Below the pieces are notes generated by a model. The model saw nothing but the letters and a program-made list of their open reading frames with translations, searched no databases and was not told the origin of the DNA. Source: an uncultured Gemmatimonadota bacterium (GTDB lineage: Bacteria > Blakebacterota > Blakebacteria > Blakebacterales > Blakebacteraceae). Taken from it: a DNA stretch of 37,806 bases. Position numbers and translations under genes: made by a program. The stretch covers positions 1 to 37,806 of the forward strand of contig CAZNUA010000034.1 in the NCBI GenBank assembly GCA_964576115.1, given 5' to 3'. Positions 19,263 to 27,920 of the stretch are shown piece by piece. Position 1 is the first letter of the stretch. Each line of letters begins with the position of its first letter.

Positions 19263-21741
19263 GGACGTGACCCTCGATCCCGTCGACCTCCGCTCTGCGG
19301 CGGTGGACCCGGCCGGCTCGCGCGGGACGGGACGCCGCTGGCTCGAAGGCCTGGCCGCGGCCGGCGTCATTTACCTGATCGTCATCGTCTTCTTCCGCGC
19401 CCTCGTCTTCGGGGGCCAGGTTTTCGACGGCTCGAGTGATTCGCTGGCGGCGTTGATCTTTGAACGCTGGGGCCGGGGGGCCATCGAGCGCGGCTTCTTC
19501 CCACTCTGGAATCCCTATCTCTTTTCGGGCATGCCCAGCTTCGGCAGTCTGCAGTTCGCCCCCGGGGTCTATCCGGTGCACTGGTTCAAGGGCGCCTACG
19601 CCCTGCTCCTGTTCGGCGGGGCCTCGCAGAACATCCTCATCCACCATATCCTCGGCGGTCTCTTCGCCTTCCTGCTCCTGCGCGACTTCAAACTCGAAAC
19701 GCCGCTGGCACTCTTCGGCGCGATCGTCTTTTTCTTCAGCCCCCAGGAGATCGTGCTTGGCCCGGTGGCGCACGGCGGCAAGCTCTTCACCATCGCCTGG
19801 CTGCCGCTGGTTCTGCTGCTGACCCGGCGCCTGCTGCGCCGCCCCGATCTGCTCTCGACCGCCCTGCTGGCCGGCGGCCTGGCCCTGCAGCTGCTGGCCC
19901 TGCACATGCAGATCGCCTATTACGGCCTGCTGATGATCGCCCTCTGGTTCGTGGTCGATGCCGTCGAGCACCGCTCCGAGCGCGGGCGGGCCGAGCACCT
20001 GCGGCGCCTCGGCGCGCTGGCAGGGGCCGGTCTGCTCGCCCTGGCCCTGGCCGCCTACCTCTACTGGCCGGTGTACGAGTACAGCCAGTTCAGCATCCGG
20101 GGGGGCAGCGCCGTGGGGGGCGGGGTGTCGTATGACTACGCCACCAACTGGTCCTTCCACCCCCTCGAGATACTCACTCTGTTCATTCCTTCCTGGTTCG
20201 GTTTCGGAGGCGGTTCCTACTGGGGCTACATGCCCTTCACAGATCATCCCTATTACTTCGGTCTGGTGCCGCTGCTGCTGGCCTCCTCGGCGGTCATCCT
20301 GCGGCGCCGGGACAAGGGCGTCATCGCCCTCACGGTGCTGGCCGGGTTCAGCCTGCTGATGGCCTTCGGCAAGTGGCTGCCGGTCCTCTATGCCCCCCTC
20401 TTCAAGCTGCTGCCCTTCTTCGGCAAATTCAGGATTCCGGCCATGATCATGATCCTCTTCCTGCTGGCCATGGCCGGTCTGGCCGCCCTGGGGCTGGAGG
20501 GCCTGCTCCGCCTCGAGGCCGAGCAGCGGGAAAAGTGGACGAAGATCCTGCGGCTGACCGCGATCGGTGCCGGACTGCTCTTTCTGATCATGCTCGTGGC
20601 CGGCGAAGGATTCCGCTCCGGGTATGTGGCTGCGGCGACCCGCCGGCTGGCCGATACGCGCTTTGACGGCAACATGGCTGCCGCCCGGCCTTTTGCAGGT
20701 GAAGCCTTCCGTCTCTTCCGGACAGATTGTCTGCGGGTTCTGGCCGTCACCGGGCTTGCTGCCGGAACCCTGTTGCTGACCCTGAAGCACACACTGGCAC
20801 GGACCGCCGGGGTGGCGATCGTGGCCCTGCTCGTGACGGTCGACCTCTGGGTCGTCAACGACCGGCTCGTCGAGACCCGGCCGCGGGCTGAGCATGCCGC
20901 CGAGATCGAGACCAACACCCACGCCGCCTTCCTGCAGGAACAGGACGGTCCCTTCCGGATCGTCAACCTCGACCTGCCGGTGCCCGCCAATTACTGGATG
21001 TCGCAGGGGATCGAAGATGCCGAGGGCTACAGTCCGGCCAAGCTGAGGATCTACCAGCAGGTTCTGGAGCGCTTTCAGCAACAGCGGCTGGTGTCGCTGC
21101 CCCTCTGGTCGATGCTGAACGTCCGGTATCTGGTCGTTTCCACGTCCACTTCCGCCCAGCTCCCCGAGGGATTCACTGACGTTTTTGCCTCCGGCGGATT
21201 CGGTATGTACGAATACGACGGCGCTCTCGGCCCGGCCTGGCTGGTCGGCGAGGTGATCCGGGCCCGCGACAGTGAGCAGATTCTCGAAGCAGTAGTGCGC
21301 GGCTTCGACGCCTCGCAGGTGGCCCTGACAGCCGAAGAGATCGCCCCCATCGAACGGACCGCCGCACAGGCGGGGCGGGTCGAACTGCTCGAGCGCTCCG
21401 AACACCTGCTGCGCTACCAGGTCGAAGCCCCCGGGCCGGTTCTGCTGGTCATGAGCGAGGTCTACTACCCGGCCGGCTGGCGGGCCGAGGTGGCCGGCGA
21501 GCCCGCCCCGATCCACCGTGTCGATCATCTGCTGCGGGCGGTGCGGGTCGATCCGTCGGCACACGGCGGGACCTGCGAGGTCTCCCTCACCTTCGCGCCG
21601 CGCAGCGTATACGGCGGTCGGACTCTCTCCCTGGCGGCACTTCTGGTCGGGCTCGGGCTGGCCGTCGGCGGGGCGGTCGCGAGGCGCCGCCGGAGACCCT
21701 CCGCCGACGCGACGGCCGGGGAGGATACTGGGGCGCCGTGA
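19249..21741 (+). CDS. YfhO-family GT-C membrane glycosyltransferase
   Basis: GGAGG RBS; FPLWNPYLFSGMP, HMQIAYY, WSFHPLE, KFRIP, MLNVRY, SEVYYPAGWRAEV motifs. Confidence 0.88.
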   Translation: MGRSKDVTLDPVDLRSAAVDPAGSRGTGRRWLEGLAAAGVIYLIVIVFFRALVFGGQVFDGSSDSLAALIFERWGRGAIERGFFPLWNPYLFSGMPSFGSLQFAPGVYPVHWFKGAYALLLFGGASQNILIHHILGGLFAFLLLRDFKLETPLALFGAIVFFFSPQEIVLGPVAHGGKLFTIAWLPLVLLLTRRLLRRPDLLSTALLAGGLALQLLALHMQIAYYGLLMIALWFVVDAVEHRSERGRAEHLRRLGALAGAGLLALALAAYLYWPVYEYSQFSIRGGSAVGGGVSYDYATNWSFHPLEILTLFIPSWFGFGGGSYWGYMPFTDHPYYFGLVPLLLASSAVILRRRDKGVIALTVLAGFSLLMAFGKWLPVLYAPLFKLLPFFGKFRIPAMIMILFLLAMAGLAALGLEGLLRLEAEQREKWTKILRLTAIGAGLLFLIMLVAGEGFRSGYVAAATRRLADTRFDGNMAAARPFAGEAFRLFRTDCLRVLAVTGLAAGTLLLTLKHTLARTAGVAIVALLVTVDLWVVNDRLVETRPRAEHAAEIETNTHAAFLQEQDGPFRIVNLDLPVPANYWMSQGIEDAEGYSPAKLRIYQQVLERFQQQRLVSLPLWSMLNVRYLVVSTSTSAQLPEGFTDVFASGGFGMYEYDGALGPAWLVGEVIRARDSEQILEAVVRGFDASQVALTAEEIAPIERTAAQAGRVELLERSEHLLRYQVEAPGPVLLVMSEVYYPAGWRAEVAGEPAPIHRVDHLLRAVRVDPSAHGGTCEVSLTFAPRSVYGGRTLSLAALLVGLGLAVGGAVARRRRRPSADATAGEDTGAP

Positions 21742-23411
21742 TCGGTTCGACCCTGAAGACACTGGGCCGACAGACGGCGGTCTATTCCTTCGGCGACCTG
21801 CTGGTCAAATCGCTCTCCTTCCTGCTCATCCCGATCCTCACCCGGGTCTGGGCGGCCGACGGTCCCGAAATGGGGACCTACGGTCTGCTCCACCTGGCCG
21901 AATCGATCGCCTATATTGTCTTCAACCTCGGTCTGGCCACGGCCGTCATCAAGGTCATGGCCGATTACCGGCATACCCGCGCCCGTGCCTCGGTTCTCTT
22001 CACCACTCTGGGTATACTCGGCACCCTTTCCCTGCTTCTGTTCGGGCTGGGCTGGATCGCCGCACCCCACGTGGCCGCTCCTCTCTTCGGTCCGGTGGTC
22101 GATCCGGTCGATGGGACCCGCTTCCTGCGGCTCACCCTGATGGCGACCTATTTTTCCACCTTCCGCTTCGTGACTCTGAGCGTGTTGCGGGTCGAAGAAC
22201 GACCGTGGCTCTACACCCTGCTGAATATCATCAACTTCATGACCTATGTCGGAGTAGCAATCTGGCTGGTGGTCTTCGAAGAGCAGGGCGTGCTGGGGAT
22301 CGTCTATGCCAACCTGACCGCCAGCATCATCATGCTGGCGGTGGCGGTCGGTTTGCTTCAGGCCCGGGCCCAGCGTCCCTTCAGTGCTGAAAAGGCCCGC
22401 GCTCTGCTCGGTTTCGGCCTGCCCCTGTTACCCAACGGTCTGGCTCTCTGGGCCCTGGCGCTGCTTGACCGCTGGCTTCTGCGTCTTCTCTCGTCCACTC
22501 CCGAACTCGGGATAGCCCTGACCGGGCAGTACGATGTCGCCTACCGTTTCGGCATGATCGTTTCTTTCCTGCTCGTCGTGCCGTTGCGCACGGCCTGGGT
22601 GCCGACCCTGTTCCGGATCCGCGATCATCACGAAGCTCCCGTCCTCTACGGCCGCCTGATAACCTACGTACTCGCCGTGGGTGGCGGAATCGCCCTGGCT
22701 CTGGGGGTGCTCTCGCGCGAGATCCTCGAAATCGTCGCCGAACCGGAGTGGCTGGCGGCGGCCGCCCCTCTGCCGCTCATTGCTTTCGCCTACCTGGCCT
22801 ATGGTGTGAGTCAGATCGCCGACGCGGGGATTCTGGCCCGCGGCCGGACCACCATCTACCCGTTGATCACCTTCACCTCGGTTCTGGTTAACGTGTCGCT
22901 CTGCGTTCTGCTCATCCCTCGGCACGGCATGATGGGGGCGGCCTGGGCGACGCTGGCCGCCTATGCCTGGCACGCTCTGCTCATCGCCCGGGCCTCCTGC
23001 GCCATCACCCCTTTCCGGGTGGAATGGAAGCGTATCGGGATCGTCGTCGTGGCCGGGGCGGTTGTCTGGTTCGCGGCCTCCCGGTTGCCCGAGTTCGCGC
23101 TCATACCCCGAATCGTGTTCCGTACCGGGATTCTGCTGCTCTACCCGCTCGTACTCTGGGTTCTGGGTTTTCTCTCGGCCGAAGAACGGGCGGCCCTGGG
23201 ACGCCTGCGGTCCGGCGAGCAAACGGTTGAGGACCCCGCCGGGGAAGAGAGGTCAGCCGGGAAAGAAGATCCCGCCGGGGGAGAAGAGCCCGTCGGGGAA
23301 GAAGGGTCCGCCGGGGAAGAAGAGCCCGTCGGGGAAGAAGGGTCCGCCGGGGAAGAAGAGCCCGCCGGGGAAGAAGAGCCTGCCGGGGAAGAGAGGAAGG
23401 ATCCGTCATGA
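21738..23411 (+). CDS. Wzx-type oligosaccharide flippase (MOP superfamily) with acidic repeat tail
   Basis: KTLGRQTAVYSFG..FLLIPILTR, FGLPLLP..DRW, G.Y.VAYRFG, GMMGAAWAT; 12+ TM helices. Confidence 0.88.
   Translation: MIGSTLKTLGRQTAVYSFGDLLVKSLSFLLIPILTRVWAADGPEMGTYGLLHLAESIAYIVFNLGLATAVIKVMADYRHTRARASVLFTTLGILGTLSLLLFGLGWIAAPHVAAPLFGPVVDPVDGTRFLRLTLMATYFSTFRFVTLSVLRVEERPWLYTLLNIINFMTYVGVAIWLVVFEEQGVLGIVYANLTASIIMLAVAVGLLQARAQRPFSAEKARALLGFGLPLLPNGLALWALALLDRWLLRLLSSTPELGIALTGQYDVAYRFGMIVSFLLVVPLRTAWVPTLFRIRDHHEAPVLYGRLITYVLAVGGGIALALGVLSREILEIVAEPEWLAAAAPLPLIAFAYLAYGVSQIADAGILARGRTTIYPLITFTSVLVNVSLCVLLIPRHGMMGAAWATLAAYAWHALLIARASCAITPFRVEWKRIGIVVVAGAVVWFAASRLPEFALIPRIVFRTGILLLYPLVLWVLGFLSAEERAALGRLRSGEQTVEDPAGEERSAGKEDPAGGEEPVGEEGSAGEEEPVGEEGSAGEEEPAGEEEPAGEERKDPS
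23229..23390 (+). repeat. In-frame 18-bp tandem repeat, 9 units (consensus GAAGAGCCCGCCGGGGAA, EEPAGE)
   Basis: EDPAGE-ERSAGK-EDPAGG-EEPVGE-EGSAGE-EEPVGE-EGSAGE-EEPAGE-EEPAGE. Confidence 0.95.
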
Positions 23412-24313
23412 TGAAACTGGCCGTCACCGGTGCCGCCGGTCTGCTGGGGCAGAAACTCGTGGAACAGGCTCTCAAAGCCGGCCACGAGGTCATACCCTTC
23501 GATCTCGATCCCACGGTACCGGTGCCTTTCGGGACCATCATACCCCTCGATATCACCGACGCCGGGGCGGTAGGGGCGGTGATGGATGAATGTCGTCCCG
23601 ACTGGGTCGTCAACGCCGCGGCCTATACGGCCGTTGACGCCAGTGAAGAAGCTGAAGCGCGGGTTCTGGCGGTCAACGTTGAGGGAGTCCGCAACCTGCT
23701 CCAGTCGGCCGGGGAAATCAGCGCCCGGGTGATCACACTTTCGACCGATTATGTCTTCGACGGCCGTGAGGGACCCTATCGGGAAAACGCAGCCATGAAC
23801 CCCCTCGGGGTCTACGGCCGCTCGAAGGCCGACATGGAGCAAGCGGTACACGAAGCAGGCGGCGGACACCTGATTGCGCGCACGATGGTCCTCTACGGTG
23901 CGGCTCCGGGAGTGCGCAGGAACTTCGGACTCTGGGTACTGCAGAACCTGCGGGCCGGCGAGCCGATCCGAGCCGTAACCGACCAGATGGGCAATCCGAC
24001 CCTGGCTTCGGATCTGGCCCGCCTGCTCATCGCCATCGCCGCTCAGGATGGTAGCGGGATCTGTCACGTCGCCGGTGCCGACCGGGTGAGCCGATACGAT
24101 TTTGCCCTGGCCCTGGCCGATGAGTTCGGACTCGATCGGGGTCTGATCGAGCCGGCCCTGACCAGCGACCTGGGACAGGCGGCCGAACGGCCGCTTGAAT
24201 CGGGGTTCGTTCTCGATACACTCGAGACTGAGTTCGGGCTGCGCTCTCTCGGTCTGCGAGCCGGTCTGGAACTCTTTCACGCCGAGGTTGACGCCTACGG
24301 AGACGGTATGTGA
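23408..24313 (+). CDS. rmlD: dTDP-4-dehydrorhamnose reductase
   Basis: TGAAGLLG, NAAAYTAVD.SE, STDYVFDG, YGRSK, DQMGNPT. Confidence 0.92.
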   Translation: MMKLAVTGAAGLLGQKLVEQALKAGHEVIPFDLDPTVPVPFGTIIPLDITDAGAVGAVMDECRPDWVVNAAAYTAVDASEEAEARVLAVNVEGVRNLLQSAGEISARVITLSTDYVFDGREGPYRENAAMNPLGVYGRSKADMEQAVHEAGGGHLIARTMVLYGAAPGVRRNFGLWVLQNLRAGEPIRAVTDQMGNPTLASDLARLLIAIAAQDGSGICHVAGADRVSRYDFALALADEFGLDRGLIEPALTSDLGQAAERPLESGFVLDTLETEFGLRSLGLRAGLELFHAEVDAYGDGM

Positions 24314-25041
24314 ACAGCGAGGCGCGGGAACGCGGTCTCGTCATCATCCCGACCTACAACGAGGCCGAAAACATCGAGCGGGTAATCCACGGGGTATTCG
24401 ACCAGGCCCTGCCGGTCGATATCCTGGTTGTGGACGACGGCTCGCCCGACGGGACCGCCTCACTGGTGAACGCGATGATGGCCGAAGAGAACCGGCTGCA
24501 CCTGCTCGAGCGGACCGGGAAAATGGGCCTGGGCAGTGCCTATCTCGCCGGTATGACCTGGGCTCTGGAACGCAACTATGCCTACATTTTCGAGATGGAC
24601 GCCGATCTCTCCCACGATCCTCATCATCTCAGCGACCTCTACTGGGCCCTGCGCGAGCACTGCGTGGTGCTCGGATCGCGGTACGTCAAAGGCGTCAATG
24701 TGATCAACTGGCCGATGAGCCGGCTCCTGCTTTCCTGGTTCGCCAACCTCTACGCCCGTATCGTCACCGGTCTGCCCGTCCACGACGCGACCAGCGGTTT
24801 CAAGGGTTTCCGGCGCGAGGCCCTGGAGGCAATCGATTTCGAACGGGTCCGCAGCGACGGCTATTCCTTCCAGATCGAAATGGTCTTTCGGGCCTGGAAA
24901 CAGGGTTGTGATGTGCACGAAGTCCCGATCACCTTTATCGAGCGTCGCTCCGGGATCAGCAAGATGTCGCGGGGAGTGATCTGGGAAGCTGTCTGGATGG
25001 TCTGGTACCTGCGCTGGCTCTCCCTGATCGGTCGTCTGTAA
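24310..25041 (+). CDS. Polyprenol-monophosphomannose synthase (Ppm1/DPM1-like GT2)
   Basis: IIPTYNEAENI, VDDGSPDGT, GKMGLGSAY, EMDADLSHDP, GSRY, DATSGFK, GYSFQIEM, F.ERR.G.SKMS. Confidence 0.92.
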   Translation: MNSEARERGLVIIPTYNEAENIERVIHGVFDQALPVDILVVDDGSPDGTASLVNAMMAEENRLHLLERTGKMGLGSAYLAGMTWALERNYAYIFEMDADLSHDPHHLSDLYWALREHCVVLGSRYVKGVNVINWPMSRLLLSWFANLYARIVTGLPVHDATSGFKGFRREALEAIDFERVRSDGYSFQIEMVFRAWKQGCDVHEVPITFIERRSGISKMSRGVIWEAVWMVWYLRWLSLIGRL

Positions 25042-25071
25042 CCACCCTAACGAGTTCCCCGGTTGGCCACC

Positions 25072-26778
25072 ATGATCCGATCTGACCACCCTGAAAACCC
25101 CTCCCTCTTCCCGTTAACCGGCGCTGCCGGCGAGCCGCTGCGGGCCGATCGGGTACTCATTATCGGTCTTGACGGTGCCACCTGGTCGATTCTGGGTCCG
25201 GCGCTGGAAGGCGGCTACATGCCCCGGCTGGCGCATCTGGGCTCGACCGGCTGCAGCGGCGTATTGACCTCGGTCGTGCCGGCGATTACCCCGGCAGCCT
25301 GGTGCTCCTTCCAGACCGGCTCGGATCCCGGCCGGACGGGGATCGTCGATTTCACCCGTTTCGACCGCGCCGCGGGGTGCGAGGTGCCGGTCGATACCCG
25401 CCGTCTGCCCGAAACGCTCTGGGAACGAGTTGGCCGGGCCGGTCGCCGGGTGGGAGTGGTGAACCTGCCCATGACCTGGCCCCCGCGCGAGGTGAACGGA
25501 TTTCTGGTCTCGGGTCTGCTCACCCCTTCGACCGGATCGGTCTTCACCCATCCTCCCGAACTGGGGTCGGAACTGCTCGAGGCCGTACCCGACTACCACA
25601 TCTTCAATCTCGAAACAGCGGTCGAGGAAGCCAACCGGGAGAGCCTTGAGGCTTTCCTCGATTTCGCCGCCGCTACGGTCGCGACCCGGGCCGAAGCCGC
25701 CTGCTGGCTGGTGCGGCGCCAGCCGGTCGAGCTGCTGATGGTTCACTTTCAGGCGACCGATATCGTTCAGCACGTTCTCTGGCACTATCTCGATCCCGGC
25801 CACGAGCGTTTCGATCCCGCGAAAAACCGGCTCATTTTCGAGCGGTTCTACGGCGCCCTCGACCGTGCTGTCGGAAGAGTGCTCGATACCTTCGCCGCAC
25901 AACGCTCCGATTCCCCGGTGACTTTCGTGATCTCCGATCATGGCTTTCAGCGGCATGCGAAGAGGTTCAACCTCTGGCTCTGGCTGGTGCAGCAGGGGTG
26001 GCTCATACCCGGGCTGGCGGGTGCTGCCGCTTTGAGCGACACGGTCGCCGGCGGGATTGTGACCGGGACGACGGCCGCCTTCCCGGAGAGCGATCCTCCG
26101 GTCGCATCGAGCAGCACCTGGAGTCAAGCACCGGTCGATCTCGCCACTTCCCGCGCCCTTTCGACCGGACGTAGCAACGAGGCCTTCATCTGGCTGCTGG
26201 TCGACGATCCTGTGGAGCGTGACCGGATCGCGGACACGATCGTCACCGATCTGGAAGCGGTCCGCGACCCGCTCGACGGCGAGCCGCTCGTGGAAAGGGT
26301 CTGCCGCCGGGAGGATATCTGGAGCGGTCCCCGCCTCGAGGAATGTCCCGATCTGGTCGTGGTGCCGGCCGGACCGGTTTCAATCACCGGTCGGTTCGAC
26401 CCTGGAACAGACCTGGTGATCCCGGTCGAACCCGGTCACGACTTCCATGCCGGCCGCCATCATCCCGACGGCATCATTATCGTGTCCGGGCCCGGAATTC
26501 TCCCCACTCCCGTTCCAGCTCACACAGTCGGGGGTGCCGGCACTGACGGCCCGGTCGCCACGCCGGATTCCGTACCCTTCACCGACCTGAAAACCCGTCT
26601 TGTCGATGTGGCTCCGGCCGTTCTGGCCCTGCTGGGTATCGAGGAAGAGGGCCCCGGTCGGGGAGAAGACGCCGCCAATACGGCCGAAGACGCTGCCCAT
26701 ACGCCCGGGGACGCTGTCTATACACCAGAGGAAAAGGCGATTATCGAAAAGCGCCTGCGGGATCTGGGTTATTTCTGA
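25072..26778 (+). CDS. Alkaline phosphatase superfamily protein (phosphodiesterase/nucleotide pyrophosphatase type)
   Basis: IIGLDGATW, SVVPAITPAAW (Thr nucleophile), TDIVQH, ISDHGF, HHPDG, C-terminal RLRDLGY; alternative TTG start at 25063. Confidence 0.88.
   Translation: MIRSDHPENPSLFPLTGAAGEPLRADRVLIIGLDGATWSILGPALEGGYMPRLAHLGSTGCSGVLTSVVPAITPAAWCSFQTGSDPGRTGIVDFTRFDRAAGCEVPVDTRRLPETLWERVGRAGRRVGVVNLPMTWPPREVNGFLVSGLLTPSTGSVFTHPPELGSELLEAVPDYHIFNLETAVEEANRESLEAFLDFAAATVATRAEAACWLVRRQPVELLMVHFQATDIVQHVLWHYLDPGHERFDPAKNRLIFERFYGALDRAVGRVLDTFAAQRSDSPVTFVISDHGFQRHAKRFNLWLWLVQQGWLIPGLAGAAALSDTVAGGIVTGTTAAFPESDPPVASSSTWSQAPVDLATSRALSTGRSNEAFIWLLVDDPVERDRIADTIVTDLEAVRDPLDGEPLVERVCRREDIWSGPRLEECPDLVVVPAGPVSITGRFDPGTDLVIPVEPGHDFHAGRHHPDGIIIVSGPGILPTPVPAHTVGGAGTDGPVATPDSVPFTDLKTRLVDVAPAVLALLGIEEEGPGRGEDAANTAEDAAHTPGDAVYTPEEKAIIEKRLRDLGYF
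26665..26727 (+). repeat. In-frame 21-bp tandem repeat, 3 degenerate units (EDAANTA/EDAAHTP/GDAVYTP)
   Basis: GAAGACGCCGCCAATACGGCC GAAGACGCTGCCCATACGCCC GGGGACGCTGTCTATACACCA. Confidence 0.8.
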
Positions 26779-26843
26779 CGACTGCTCATGGCGCTCTTGT
26801 GAGAGAGGGGGGGTAAGGGGGTATCCTCTGGGCAGCCTGTTTT

Positions 26844-26887
26844 TATAGTTAACAGTTGTATACTATAATATACATCCGTTAATTATA
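26844..26887. repeat. AT-rich imperfect inverted repeat, 19-bp arms, 6-nt centre
   Basis: TATAGTTAACAGTTGTATA-CTATAA-TATACATCCGTTAATTATA, 16/19 complementary; contains TATAAT on both strands. Confidence 0.85.
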
Positions 26888-26908
26888 GTAAAAGTCCCTG
26901 CAACGGGA

Positions 26909-27135
26909 ACATGTGTCCTCGCCGGTTCAGATCCGATCCTCGCGCGGATACATATGTCCTCGCNNNNNNNNNNNNNNNNNNNNNNNNNNNNNNNNNNNNN
27001 NNNNNNNNNNNNNNNNNNNNNNNNNNNNNNNNNNNNNNNNNNNNNNNNNNNNNNNNNNNNNNNACATGTGTCCTCGCCGGTTCAGATCCGATCCTCGCGC
27101 GGATACATATGTCCTCGCTGGTTCAGATCCGATCC
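26909..27135 (+). repeat. 41-bp non-coding tandem repeat, copy number unresolved
   Basis: Unit ACATRTGTCCTCGCYGGTTCAGATCCGATCCTCGCGCGGAT at 26909-26949 and 27064-27104; partial copies at 26950-26963 and 27105-27135. Confidence 0.9.
26964..27063. other. Assembly gap (100 N) flanked by an identical 55-bp sequence
   Basis: 26909-26963 is identical to 27064-27118. Confidence 1.
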
Positions 27136-27167
27136 GCATTCGCGGTCCTCGCACGAAAGAAACGGGT

Positions 27168-27920
27168 ATGCGTAAACCGACCAGACCCTCCCTGTATCAC
27201 GAAACACCTCTCGATCTCATCCTGGGAACACCGGCGGCGGTCCGTATCCTCCGCGTCTTCTCGAACGAAACAACCCCCCTGACGGTTCCCGATCTTGCCT
27301 CTCTGGCCGGGCTCTCGCGGGCGGGGGCACATCGGGCTCTGTCACGGCTCGTCCAGACCGGGCTGGTGCGTGATGTCGGATCGGGACATGCCATGATCTA
27401 CCGAATCAATGAGATCCATTATTTCGCGGACATGGTTGAACAGATCTTCCGCAGGGAACAGACCTTCAGTGCCGGTCTCTACCACGTGGCACGGGATCTC
27501 GTGACCCGTACGAAGGAAAATATCGTCGCCATCTGGCTGATTGAATCGGAGCAACCCCGGGATTCCGAACCGGCTTTGAGGCAACGCCGGGGTCACAGGC
27601 CGGTTTCGAAGCACATCCGTGGTCCCAGGCCGTTTTCGGATTACCTCCAGGGACTCGATCCGGTGGATGAGGATGATGGCATCCACCGCGGATTGATCAT
27701 CGTCGTCGAGGGTGAAGATACCGACGGAGTCAGGCGGGCTCTCAAAGAAGAGATATTACTGCAGAGCACCTACGAGCCATACAACGAGGTCGAGGTGATG
27801 ACACAGACTGAACTCCGGAGATTTACAGCGGCATATCGGGACCGCTGGCAGGTGATCATGGACAACGCTTTCGTCCTCTACGGGCTCTTTCCGCGTGACT
27901 ACGATGAGCTGGGAGAGTGA
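27168..27920 (+). CDS. Winged-helix DNA-binding protein with a degenerate nucleotidyltransferase-like C-terminal domain
   Basis: PLDLILGTPAAVRILRVF..LTVPDLASLAGLSRAGAHRALSRLVQTGLV HTH. The C-terminal IVAIWLIES...GLIIVVE...EVEVMTQTELRR..I...A.VLYG pattern parallels MNT domains. Confidence 0.75.
   Translation: MRKPTRPSLYHETPLDLILGTPAAVRILRVFSNETTPLTVPDLASLAGLSRAGAHRALSRLVQTGLVRDVGSGHAMIYRINEIHYFADMVEQIFRREQTFSAGLYHVARDLVTRTKENIVAIWLIESEQPRDSEPALRQRRGHRPVSKHIRGPRPFSDYLQGLDPVDEDDGIHRGLIIVVEGEDTDGVRRALKEEILLQSTYEPYNEVEVMTQTELRRFTAAYRDRWQVIMDNAFVLYGLFPRDYDELGE

Noticed and set aside
19138-21762. 874-aa minus-strand ORF and other long antisense ORFs (e.g. 34254-36137, 7698-9191, 13587-15017)
   Set aside because: Shadow ORFs expected in high-GC DNA; no motifs, and they fully overlap convincing genes.
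26779-26963. Remnant phage replication-initiator gene (minus-strand EDTPLPPLS or YPLTPP after an AT-rich stretch)
   Set aside because: All three minus frames contain stops and the 41-bp unit shifts frame; kept only as a non-coding origin-like observation.
26841-27152. CRISPR array (AT-rich leader followed by repeats)
   Set aside because: The visible units are head-to-tail with no unique spacers, and there are no cas genes in the window.
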